NCBI GenBank assembly: GCA_963745235.1
Contig: CAVUXE010000035.1
Span: forward strand, 1 to 64,000
DNA: 64,000 nt
Source of the DNA: an uncultured Spirochaetota bacterium
GTDB taxonomy: Bacteria > Spirochaetota > Spirochaetia > SZUA-6 > Fen-1364
Direction of reading: 5' to 3'
A program made the translations under genes and the position numbers. Under the pieces are notes generated by a model. The model did not search any database, had not been told where the DNA came from, and saw nothing but the letters and a program-made list of their open reading frames with translations. Shown one piece after another: positions 34,466 to 42,623 of this stretch; position 1 is the first letter of the stretch, and each line of letters opens with the position of its first letter.

Positions 34466-35827
34466 ATGGAAAAAGTCTGGTTTCTCCTCGGGGCCGTCAC
34501 CATTTCCCTTCTTTCAGCTGAAGCGGTTCTCCTTGCAGTGAGGTCGCCCCGGTGCGCCAGAAGGCAGGAGCCGCTGTACCTGTCCCTTTTTCTCAGCGCG
34601 GTCGCCGTGGGGCTCGCGTTTCCGTTTCTGCTGGGAGCAGGCAGCGTCCTGGCTGTCTTCATTCTGTGGGCCGCGGGGGCGTTCCTGATCGAGGCGCGCG
34701 GACGCGGGAAGCTGCGGCTGCCGTGGGCGCTCGCCTGCGCCGGGTTTGTCTGCCTCCTGGTCCTGGGGAGCGCGCTCGGCTACAAAGGCTCTCCAGGCTT
34801 TGCGATTTTTGATGCGGCATCGACGTGCCTTGTCGCCGCGTTTCCCGTGAGGCTCATGATGGGGATCGGCAGGGGCTCGCGCTCCACCCCGCTGTTTGCC
34901 GCGCTGGTTTCGGCCTGCGTGTGGATCATTGCGGCCACCGTGGATACCGTGCTCGTTTCCCTGGGGTTTCGATACCCGGACCTTTCCGCCATCCCGCTCT
35001 TCGCGCTTTCTCTCTGCCTGGGATGGCTGGTGTTCCAGGAAGGCTACCCTTCGCGCGCGGGGTGGCGTGGAAGGCTTGCCGCCCTGGAGCTGCAGGAGAA
35101 GCTGCCGCACGCCGCCTTTGCGCAGGTGCTGGACCACGAGACAGCCCTGGCGCGCCAGGACAGGCTGGTTGCCGCGGGTCTCCTTGTCCTCGGAGTTGCG
35201 CATGAGTTCAAGAATACCCTGTCCTACATCCGGGCCGTCGCGGAGACGGGCCTGGGGAGGCAGGAGGCCCGGCAGAAGGATGAGAGCCTGCAGCTGCTTC
35301 TGGAGCATGCCGAAGCAGGCCGGGAGTCCGCGGTCTCTCTCCTGGAGAGGCTCGGCAGGGAAGGCCGGGAGAAGCCGCGCATCATCGATGCGGAAAGAGA
35401 CCTCGTGTCTTTTCTCCGGCTCATTCGCGCCGGCTATCGCGGGGAGGGGATCCTGATGCCGTCATCGCTTCTGCCCGGCGTCAGGTTCAGCGCCCGAAAA
35501 AGCGAGGTGGAGCAGATCCTGCACAACCTGGTGCGAAACGCCGTTGAGAGCCTGCGCTGGAAAGGCATTGCCGAGCAGAAGCTGGTCGAAATATCCTCCC
35601 GACGGCGCGATGGACAGTCCATCCTGGAGGTGAAGGACAACGCGGGAGGCGTCACGCCGGCGGCCGCGCGCCGGCTCTTTGCTCCCCGCTATTCCGAGAC
35701 ACGAGGGACCGGGCTCGGGCTGTACCTGTCCAGGAGCCTCGCGACGCAAAACGGCGGATCTCTGGAGTACGTCCCGACGAAAGGCGGGAGCGTCTTCAGG
35801 CTCACGTTCCCCGCGGCCACGGAATGA
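34466..35827 (+). CDS. Membrane sensor histidine kinase (orphan)
   Basis: Multi-TM N-terminus; H box VAHEFKNTL; N box NLVRNAVE; VKDNAGGV; GTGLGLYLS. Confidence 0.9.
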   Translation: MEKVWFLLGAVTISLLSAEAVLLAVRSPRCARRQEPLYLSLFLSAVAVGLAFPFLLGAGSVLAVFILWAAGAFLIEARGRGKLRLPWALACAGFVCLLVLGSALGYKGSPGFAIFDAASTCLVAAFPVRLMMGIGRGSRSTPLFAALVSACVWIIAATVDTVLVSLGFRYPDLSAIPLFALSLCLGWLVFQEGYPSRAGWRGRLAALELQEKLPHAAFAQVLDHETALARQDRLVAAGLLVLGVAHEFKNTLSYIRAVAETGLGRQEARQKDESLQLLLEHAEAGRESAVSLLERLGREGREKPRIIDAERDLVSFLRLIRAGYRGEGILMPSSLLPGVRFSARKSEVEQILHNLVRNAVESLRWKGIAEQKLVEISSRRRDGQSILEVKDNAGGVTPAAARRLFAPRYSETRGTGLGLYLSRSLATQNGGSLEYVPTKGGSVFRLTFPAATE

Positions 35828-35833
35828 TGCGGT

Positions 35834-36298
35834 CTATTCGACGTACGCCGTCAGGCTGATCGAATGGCCGTTGGAGTACATGGTCCCTGAGGCGTAGGGC
35901 ATCTGGATCATGTTCAGCTCTGTGCCCGTCGGGTCGAAGAAGTCGTCCGGAGCAGGGGAGGCGTAGTACGTGGACCCGCCGGGATTGGTGTATGAGCTGA
36001 CAAGGGTGTACTTCTGGTTGGGCAGCTTCGTGAGGGTGACCACGAAATGGGCGTACGTGCCGTCGAAGGTCGCAGTTGTGGCCGTCTGGCTGAAGCTCTG
36101 GCCCGCATCAGAGGCGGCGGTGACAGTGACGCTGGCACCCGGCTGGGACCAGTCCGCGTGTGTTGACGCCAGCACGCGCACGTCCACAGCCATGGCGTTC
36201 GAAGGGTAGATGACGTTCATCACCTGGCCGCAGCCGGTCAAGGCGAGAACAAGTCCCACCACCGGCGCCGCAATTGCCCACTTTCTCACGGGTCGCAT
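35834..36298 (-). CDS. Lipoprotein, beta-rich (paralog B)
   Basis: MRPVRKWAIAAPVVGLVLALTG-C lipobox; Thr/Ser/Tyr-rich mature part; own extended -10 (TGCTATACT). Confidence 0.75.
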   Translation of the reverse strand: MRPVRKWAIAAPVVGLVLALTGCGQVMNVIYPSNAMAVDVRVLASTHADWSQPGASVTVTAASDAGQSFSQTATTATFDGTYAHFVVTLTKLPNQKYTLVSSYTNPGGSTYYASPAPDDFFDPTGTELNMIQMPYASGTMYSNGHSISLTAYVE

Positions 36299-36366
36299 TC
36301 CTTTTGCCCTCAAAGTATAGCACAAACAGGGGCTGGATTGCCACCCCATGGTGGGCAGGCACAACC

Positions 36367-36398
36367 CAAAGAAAAGCGCCCCCGAAGGGGGGCGCTTT
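36367..36398 (-). terminator. Rho-independent terminator
   Basis: Minus strand reads AAAGCGCCCCC-CTTC-GGGGGCGCTTT-TCTTT. Confidence 0.85.
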
Positions 36399-36412
36399 GA
36401 GGCGAAGGGCCG

Positions 36413-36850
36413 TCACTTGACGATCAGAAGAGACGTAATGCTGACGGTCTGCTGTATTCGGACCACGCGTAAGGCAAATCGATATGAGCCACTGTAGCCC
36501 GAGGACCAAATGGAGAGTAGTCCGAAGGATGAGCTGTAACCGTAATAGGTCACGTCGTTATCGTGTAGGTTGCCGTTTGGCAGCTTGCTGAATGGCACGT
36601 CAAAGGTAGAGTAGTTACCTGTGTAGATCGTGTTGGCATTGGCCGTCGAGCTCGCTCCAGACGCACCGGTAAGCGTAACTTCAACGTACGAACTGGGGTT
36701 GGCGTATCCAGTGTCAAAATGCGATACATCGACAGTCACGTCCAGCGTATTGTTCGCGTAGATCGCATCCAGAATCGCATCACAGCTCGACAGGAGGAAC
36801 AGCGCTCCGACCGCGAGCAGAATCAAAGGGAGAAGTTTCTTCGCTCTCAT
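36413..36850 (-). CDS. Lipoprotein, beta-rich (paralog A; C-terminus possibly corrupted by indels)
   Basis: MRAKKLLPLILLAVGALFLLSS-C lipobox; AGGAGG RBS; shares motifs with 35834-36298. Confidence 0.75.
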   Translation of the reverse strand: MRAKKLLPLILLAVGALFLLSSCDAILDAIYANNTLDVTVDVSHFDTGYANPSSYVEVTLTGASGASSTANANTIYTGNYSTFDVPFSKLPNGNLHDNDVTYYGYSSSFGLLSIWSSGYSGSYRFALRVVRIQQTVSITSLLIVK

Positions 36851-36865
36851 GTCATTCCTCCTGCC

Positions 36866-37447
36866 TTAGAAGTAGATGGCAAAGTTCAGGGTTGGAACGG
36901 CCCGATCTCCCAATGGAGCCAGGTTCCCGTGGAACGCCGAGCCGAAGGCCCCCTCCAGGTCAGACCAGGAGGCAAAGACCTGCGTGTAGGAGAGGTTGAT
37001 GCCCCACCAGTCGAACTTCATCCCAACGCCGAGTCGGGCGTTGACGCCGACTCCGCCGTTGTAGATCTGGCCGCCATAGATATACAGCACGTTGGGTCCG
37101 ACCTCGCCGTACAGCAGAACCGGCTTGAGCACAAACCGTACGCCGACATCGAATAGGTTCAGGAAGCCGGGCAGGTTAGTGCCATAAACCGTGTTTCCGC
37201 TATAGGGATCTACATACGTTGTTGCGTTATAGACCCAGTAGTCAGGCATCGCATACGCGTCCCATGAGAAATAGAGGATGCTGTAAGCGTAGGCGATATG
37301 GAAGTTGATAATTGCCTGATTGACGACGTCCTGCGACGGAGTCCATCCGAATCCCAGCTCCCACTCCCCGCGAGGCCCGTAGGCGAACGCCGGCACTGCC
37401 ATGGCCAGGAGCAGAACTGCTGCCAGCGGAAGCAGAATCTTCTTCAT
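36866..37447 (-). CDS. Small outer-membrane beta-barrel protein (putative)
   Basis: Signal peptide MKKILL...PAFA; alternating amphipathic strands (WELGFGW, FDVGVRF, VNARLGVGMKF); terminal LNFAIYF resembles a beta-signal. Confidence 0.75.
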   Translation of the reverse strand: MKKILLPLAAVLLLAMAVPAFAYGPRGEWELGFGWTPSQDVVNQAIINFHIAYAYSILYFSWDAYAMPDYWVYNATTYVDPYSGNTVYGTNLPGFLNLFDVGVRFVLKPVLLYGEVGPNVLYIYGGQIYNGGVGVNARLGVGMKFDWWGINLSYTQVFASWSDLEGAFGSAFHGNLAPLGDRAVPTLNFAIYF

Positions 37448-37569
37448 CTTGTCCCCCTTAGTGGAATGTCCCAGTAGGTGCGGTGTCCATACCCAGTATA
37501 ACACGCCAATGGCTCAAAATCAGCACCGTGAAGTTGCACAGCGTGGAGCGGGCTGATACTATGGCGCGG

Positions 37570-38655
37570 ATGGGCCTGAAGATTCTGGCGATCAATCCCG
37601 GTTCCACCTCCACCAAGCTTGCCATCTATGAGGACACCACCGAGTGCTGGAAGAAGGGCGTGGGCCACTCATCGCAAGACATCGCCAGGTCTCGAAGGAT
37701 GCAGGACCAGCTGGAGCTGCGAAGGACGGCGGTCCGCGCGTGCCTCACCGAGGCTGGAATCAAGCTTTCGGATGTCTCTGCCGTGGTTGGCCGCGGAGGG
37801 CTGCTGAAGCCGCTTGCCGGCGGCGTCTACGAGGTCAATGAAAAGATGAAGGCTGACCTCATTTCGGGCAGGTACGGGACGCATGCCTCCAACCTCGGCG
37901 CCCTGATAGCGGACGCCATTGCGTCGGAGATCGGCGTGAAGGCCTTCATCGTGGACCCGGTTGTCGTGGACGAGCTGGATCCGATTGCCCGTTACTCGGG
38001 GGTCCCCCAGATTCCGCGGCGCTCCATTTTCCACGCCCTGAATCAGAAGGCAACGGCGAAGAAGGCCGCCCGGAGCCTTGGCAAGAAGTACGAGGAGTGC
38101 ACTCTGATCGTGGCGCACATGGGAGGGGGCACTTCCATTGGCATTCACGAGCGCGGGAGGGTGGTTGACGTCAACAACGCCCTTGACGGTGATGGCCCCT
38201 TCGCAATCGAGCGGGCCGGCACCGTGCCGGCGGGAGACTGGATGCGGTGGATCCTTGCCCACCAGCATGATCCCCAGGCCCTGCAGCTGATGTTGACGGG
38301 CAAGGGCGGCCTTGTCGCCTACCTCGGCACCAACGAGTTCCAGGAAATCGAGAAATCCGCGTCCGGGCAGGGGGGGCTGGATGCAAGGATGTGTGACGAG
38401 CTGATCCGAACCTTGTGCTACCAGATCTCCAAGTGCATCTCCGGCCTGGCCGCTTTCACCGCGGGGCAGGTGGATGCCATCGTGCTCACGGGCGGGCTTG
38501 CCTTCTCCGGACGCGTGGTCAGGGAGATCACGTCCCGCGTCTCTTTTCTTGCGCCGGTGCTTCTGTTCCCGGGGGAGAACGAGCTGGAGGCCCTTGCCAT
38601 GGGCGTCCGCGAGGTGCTCCTGGGAGAGGCGCAGGCAAAGACGTACGAAGGGTGA
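37570..38655 (+). CDS. buk: Butyrate kinase
   Basis: ILAINPGSTSTK, VGRGGLLKP, HASNLG, IVDPVVVDE, HALNQKA, HMGGG and LTGGLA motifs. Confidence 0.95.
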   Translation: MGLKILAINPGSTSTKLAIYEDTTECWKKGVGHSSQDIARSRRMQDQLELRRTAVRACLTEAGIKLSDVSAVVGRGGLLKPLAGGVYEVNEKMKADLISGRYGTHASNLGALIADAIASEIGVKAFIVDPVVVDELDPIARYSGVPQIPRRSIFHALNQKATAKKAARSLGKKYEECTLIVAHMGGGTSIGIHERGRVVDVNNALDGDGPFAIERAGTVPAGDWMRWILAHQHDPQALQLMLTGKGGLVAYLGTNEFQEIEKSASGQGGLDARMCDELIRTLCYQISKCISGLAAFTAGQVDAIVLTGGLAFSGRVVREITSRVSFLAPVLLFPGENELEALAMGVREVLLGEAQAKTYEG

Positions 38656-38667
38656 GCGGAGGCGCGC

Positions 38668-39069
38668 GTGAATCGAAGAAGAATCAGGGTCGTCGACAAC
38701 GTGTTCCAGTACAGGATGATTGCAATCCTGCTCCTCATCGTCGTCTGCGGCTTTGCCGCGTTCACCGCGGGCGCCCTGATCGTTTTTGCGATTGCGCGCG
38801 CAAGAGGTTTCGCCATACCGGGGGAACGGATGCTGTCCATCTTTCCTCCCATCCTCGCGAACGACATCGTGATCATGATCATCCTGATCGTCGCGGGCAT
38901 ATATGTTACCCTGAGGATCGCCGGACCGGTGTACAGGATCCAAAGCGATATCAAACGAGTGCTGGCCGGTGAGAAGCGCGTCAGGCTCAGGTTTCGCAGG
39001 CGCGACGCGTTTCCCGAGCTCGCGGAAAGGGTAAACCAGCTCATTGAGCGGATCGACAACCAACCTTAG
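38668..39069 (+). CDS. Small 2-TM membrane protein with a stand-alone HAMP-like domain
   Basis: Two TMs followed by RIAGPVYRI...LAG....LRFRRRDAFPELAERVNQL. Confidence 0.7.
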   Translation: MNRRRIRVVDNVFQYRMIAILLLIVVCGFAAFTAGALIVFAIARARGFAIPGERMLSIFPPILANDIVIMIILIVAGIYVTLRIAGPVYRIQSDIKRVLAGEKRVRLRFRRRDAFPELAERVNQLIERIDNQP

Positions 39070-40117
39070 CGCGGAGGGGAAGCTCCTTCCCTGGAACAGG
39101 AAGTTTCTTGGCTCGAAGAGGCTCCTGCGGGACTGGATATCCGAGCGGATCACGGAGAGAGTCGGGGTCCCAGCCACTTTTCTGGACGGCTTCTGCGGCA
39201 CCGGCTCAATCGGCCTTGCCATGGCTTTCCGAGGAGCGGCACGCGTGGTGGCGGTGGATGCGCTCAGATCCAACTGCGTCATCCTGCAGGGGTTCGTGGA
39301 GATGGCGCGGCGCCCCGTCCTGGACGAGCGGATGGCTGAGCTCATGCGAAGGCTGAACTCGCTCCCCCCGTCTGCAGGGTACATCACGGAGAGCTACGGC
39401 GGCGCATACTTCACCGCTGAGAATTGTCTCCGCATGGATGCGATCCGTGAGCGGATCGAGGCCATGCGGGCAGCCTCCGAGATCTCGGAAGGTGAGCACG
39501 CAATCCTTCTCTCGTCATTTCTTCTTGGCGCGGACCGGGTGGCGAACACCATCGGCCAATACGACGCTTTCCTCAAGCATATCGATGGAAGAAGCATGGT
39601 GCGCGGGCGCCACCTCGTGGACGACAGGGTCAGGTCCAGGTTTCTTCTCCTGGCCCTCGGAAGGCTCGAGGGAATTGAGCTGGAGGTGGTCCAGGGGGAC
39701 ATGCTCAGCCTGGCGCCGGGAACGTACGTCGAAGCGGCCTACTACGATCCTCCTTATAACGGCAGGCAATACTGCGACAACTACCATGTCCTTGAAAACC
39801 TCGCGCTCTGGCAAAAGCCTGCTCTTTTTGGAAAGACGCGCAAGTTCGACCGCAGCGGGATGAGGAGCCCTTTTTCAAGCACCGCCGGCGCGGCGGGTGC
39901 CCTCGAGAGACTTATTTCAACTACCTCTGCGCGTGATGTCTTCCTCTCGTACAGCTCGGAGGGGATTCTTTCGCGGGAGGAGATCAGGAGCATCCTGGGT
40001 CGCTACGGTGATCTTCAAGAGATAGAGACGGCATATCCGGTGTTCGGAAACGGGGCCGGGGTCTCCGTGAGGCGCAACGTGAGCGAGATGCTGTTCCACC
40101 TGAGGACGGGGAGGTAA
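39044..40117 (+). CDS. DNA adenine (N6) methyltransferase, NlaIII/FokI-like
   Basis: NRKFLGSK; motif I DGFCGTGS; YFTAENCLRMDAIR; ADRVANTIGQYDAFLK; catalytic YYDPPYN.RQY..NYH. Confidence 0.88.
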   Translation: MSGSTTNLSAEGKLLPWNRKFLGSKRLLRDWISERITERVGVPATFLDGFCGTGSIGLAMAFRGAARVVAVDALRSNCVILQGFVEMARRPVLDERMAELMRRLNSLPPSAGYITESYGGAYFTAENCLRMDAIRERIEAMRAASEISEGEHAILLSSFLLGADRVANTIGQYDAFLKHIDGRSMVRGRHLVDDRVRSRFLLLALGRLEGIELEVVQGDMLSLAPGTYVEAAYYDPPYNGRQYCDNYHVLENLALWQKPALFGKTRKFDRSGMRSPFSSTAGAAGALERLISTTSARDVFLSYSSEGILSREEIRSILGRYGDLQEIETAYPVFGNGAGVSVRRNVSEMLFHLRTGR

Positions 40118-40147
40118 GAAATCCTGCGCGGAGGCAAGAGGGAGCTG

Positions 40148-40995
40148 GTGGACGAGAACGGCAGGTCTCGAGGGTTCTACTCGGAGAGCAACAGGGTGAA
40201 CGATCTCACCGGCCGCGAATGGGTCTTCTGGACCAGGTCGGTGATCACCAAGCCGTATCCACCGGACATGCAGCACGAGCTGCGAAGCCGCCACGGAGGA
40301 CAGAAGCCTCCTGGCCTGTGTGCCGACCTCATTCGGGCGTTCACCAAGTCGGGAGAAACGATCCTGGACCCCTTCATGGGTGTCGGCGGAATCCTCCTGG
40401 GAGCATCGCTTTCGGGCCGGAAGGCAACTGGCGTTGAGATCGACTCCCGGTGGATAGAGATCTACCGCGAGGTATGCGCGCGGGAAAAAGTCCAGGAGCA
40501 GGAAGCCGTCCTTGGGGATGCGCGCGTCGCCCTGGCTGAAATGAAGGATCGGTTGTTCGACTGCGTCTTTACGGACGTGCCCTACTGGAAGATGGACACG
40601 GCGGGGCGTTCTCGGGGAACGTTCAAGCGCGTCGGGGAGGCGGCACGGCCGGCAAGGAGCAGCAAGCTCTCCGTGTTCAGCGCCGTCGAATATGCTTCCA
40701 AGGCGGACTGGCTGACTCACATGGAGCAGGTGTTTTCCCTGTCGGCGGGTCTCCTGAAGCCGCACGGCTATCTCCTGTCTTTCATCGGGGACATGTACCG
40801 CGACAACCAGTACCATTGCCTTTCCGCGGAGCTGGCCCAGGTCATGCCGCCGTTCCCGGCATGGTGTGGAAAGCCAACATCGTGTGGTACGATGTGTCGA
40901 AGAAGCTCCATCTCTATGGATACCAGTACTCGTACATCCCATCACTGATCCATCAGAACGTCCTCGTCTTCCGCAAGGAATCGCAAGGAGAATGA
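40148..40995 (+). CDS. N4/N6-type DNA methyltransferase-like protein (frameshift near 40850)
   Basis: NDLTGREW; H...KPP.L...LI..FTK.GETILDPFMGVGG; atypical catalytic motif TDVPYW. The C-terminus continues in another frame (WKANIVWYD...HQNVLVFRKE). Confidence 0.8.
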
Positions 40996-40998
40996 CGC

Positions 40999-41746
40999 AT
41001 GCCTGAGCACCTGTTCGGATTTCACACGATAGAAGAGACCCTTCGCAAGGGAGTATCGGGAGCATCCCTCCTGGTTTCCCGCGACAATTCGCGGATCCAG
41101 AAGCTGCGCGAGGCAGCGGAGAGCCGCGGAGTTCCCGTTTCCGAGGTGGAGGAGGGGGAGCTGACCGGCCTGTGCGGGACGGACTCGCATCGGGGCGCGG
41201 TGCTCATGCTTTCCCGGGCGCCCGCGTCCCTGCAGAAGGATCTCCGCCACCTCCTTTCCTCACTGAAGACCTCCACCGCGCTCGTTCTGGTCCTGGACAG
41301 CATTACAGACCCGCAGAACCTCGGAGCTATCCTCCGCTCGGCGGACCAGTTCGCTACCGACATGGTGGTGATTCCGTCACGCCATTCGGCCCAGGAAACG
41401 CAGACGGTCGCCAAGGTATCCGCCGGAGCAAGCGCGTACGTCCCCTTGGCCGTAGTCCCGAACATCCCCTCCGCCCTGGAGCTCCTCAAGGAGAACGGCT
41501 TCTGGATCTTCGGCGCGGACATCGAAGGGGAGACCACGGACAAGCTCGACCTCAGCGGAAAGGTGTGCCTGGTCCTGGGGAGCGAGGGCACCGGGCATGC
41601 GCCGCCTGGTCAGGGAGAGGTGCGACCTCCTGGCGCGCATTCCCTCCTCCGGGCACGTGGATTCGTTCAACGTCTCGGTGGCCGCGGGGATCCTTCTCTT
41701 CGAGACCCGCCGGGAGCAGGGGTTCCCGCACGTCAATCGGAAGTGA
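40999..41746 (+). CDS. rlmB: 23S rRNA Gm2251 methyltransferase RlmB, TrmH family (frameshift near 41595)
   Basis: LDSITDPQNLGAILRSA, LVLGSEG.G, then RIP..GHVDSFNVSVAAGILLFE in the shifted frame. Confidence 0.9.
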
Positions 41747-41810
41747 CAAACCCACGGTGATCCAGGGAGAGTAGCCCATCGACAGGCGATGCGCCACGGC
41801 AGCCGTGGCC

Positions 41811-41858
41811 TGGACGCCGCCCGCTTCGTGCGGTAGAATCATACCGACCGGTCGGTAT
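41811..41858 (+). promoter_or_regulatory. Promoter plus TetR-type operator
   Basis: TGGACG-17-TAGAAT followed by the perfect 18-bp palindrome ATACCGACCGGTCGGTAT (41841-41858). Confidence 0.8.
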
Positions 41859-41897
41859 TTTCAGGCCGCTGTCGGTGCGCCAGCGGAAGGAGGCGGA

Positions 41898-42623
41898 ATG
41901 CAGGACAGGAGCATCGAGACGCGCAGGCGCATCCTCTCCCGTTCGCTCAAGCTCTTCGCGGAAAAAGGATACAATGCAACCGGCGTGGCGGAGATCTGCG
42001 CCGCCTCCGGCGTGAGCAAGGGCGCCTTCTATCACCACTTCGCCACCAAGCAGGCGGTGTTCCTGGAGCTCTTCCAGAGCTGGCTGGGAGGCGTGGACAA
42101 TCAGCTGCACAGCGCCATGGGAAGATCCAGCAGCGTGCCGAAAGGGCTCCTGGCCATGGCCACCCAGATGAGGCACGTCTTTCAGGCCGCTGATGGAAGG
42201 CTGGAGATATTCCTGGAGTTCTGGCAGCAGGCGCGCCGAGACAAGGTGGTGTGGAAAGGGCTGATGGCGCCCTATCGCCAATACCGGGACCTGCTTGCGC
42301 AGATCGTGAAAAAGGGAGTGCAGGAGGGATCGTTTCGGCCGGTGGATGCCAGAGCAGCAGGCCAGGCCCTGGAAACACTTGCAATCGGCACACTGCTCCA
42401 GGGCGTCCTGGACCCCGGCGGGGCACGGTGGGACCGGGTCATCAGGAGCTCAGTGCAGCTCCTGATTGACGGGTTGGCAAGGCGGCCGGGCGCACCGGGC
42501 AATGCGGCAAGGTGTCCCGGCAACGCGGCCAGAGACACTGGCGACGCGGCCGGGCGCCCCGGCAAGGCGGCCGGGCGCCCGACAGGCGCGGACGGTCAGG
42601 AGGTAGCAGCATGGTGCTTGTAA
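41898..42623 (+). CDS. TetR/AcrR-family regulator
   Basis: TRRRILSRSLKLFAEKGYNATGVAEICAASGVSKGAFYHHFATKQAVF; AGGAGG RBS; low-complexity tail. Confidence 0.93.
   Translation: MQDRSIETRRRILSRSLKLFAEKGYNATGVAEICAASGVSKGAFYHHFATKQAVFLELFQSWLGGVDNQLHSAMGRSSSVPKGLLAMATQMRHVFQAADGRLEIFLEFWQQARRDKVVWKGLMAPYRQYRDLLAQIVKKGVQEGSFRPVDARAAGQALETLAIGTLLQGVLDPGGARWDRVIRSSVQLLIDGLARRPGAPGNAARCPGNAARDTGDAAGRPGKAAGRPTGADGQEVAAWCL

Noticed and set aside
42495-42585. Four degenerate 21-bp repeats (PGNAAR-like) in the TetR tail
   Set aside because: Probably a neutral slippage-derived C-terminal extension.
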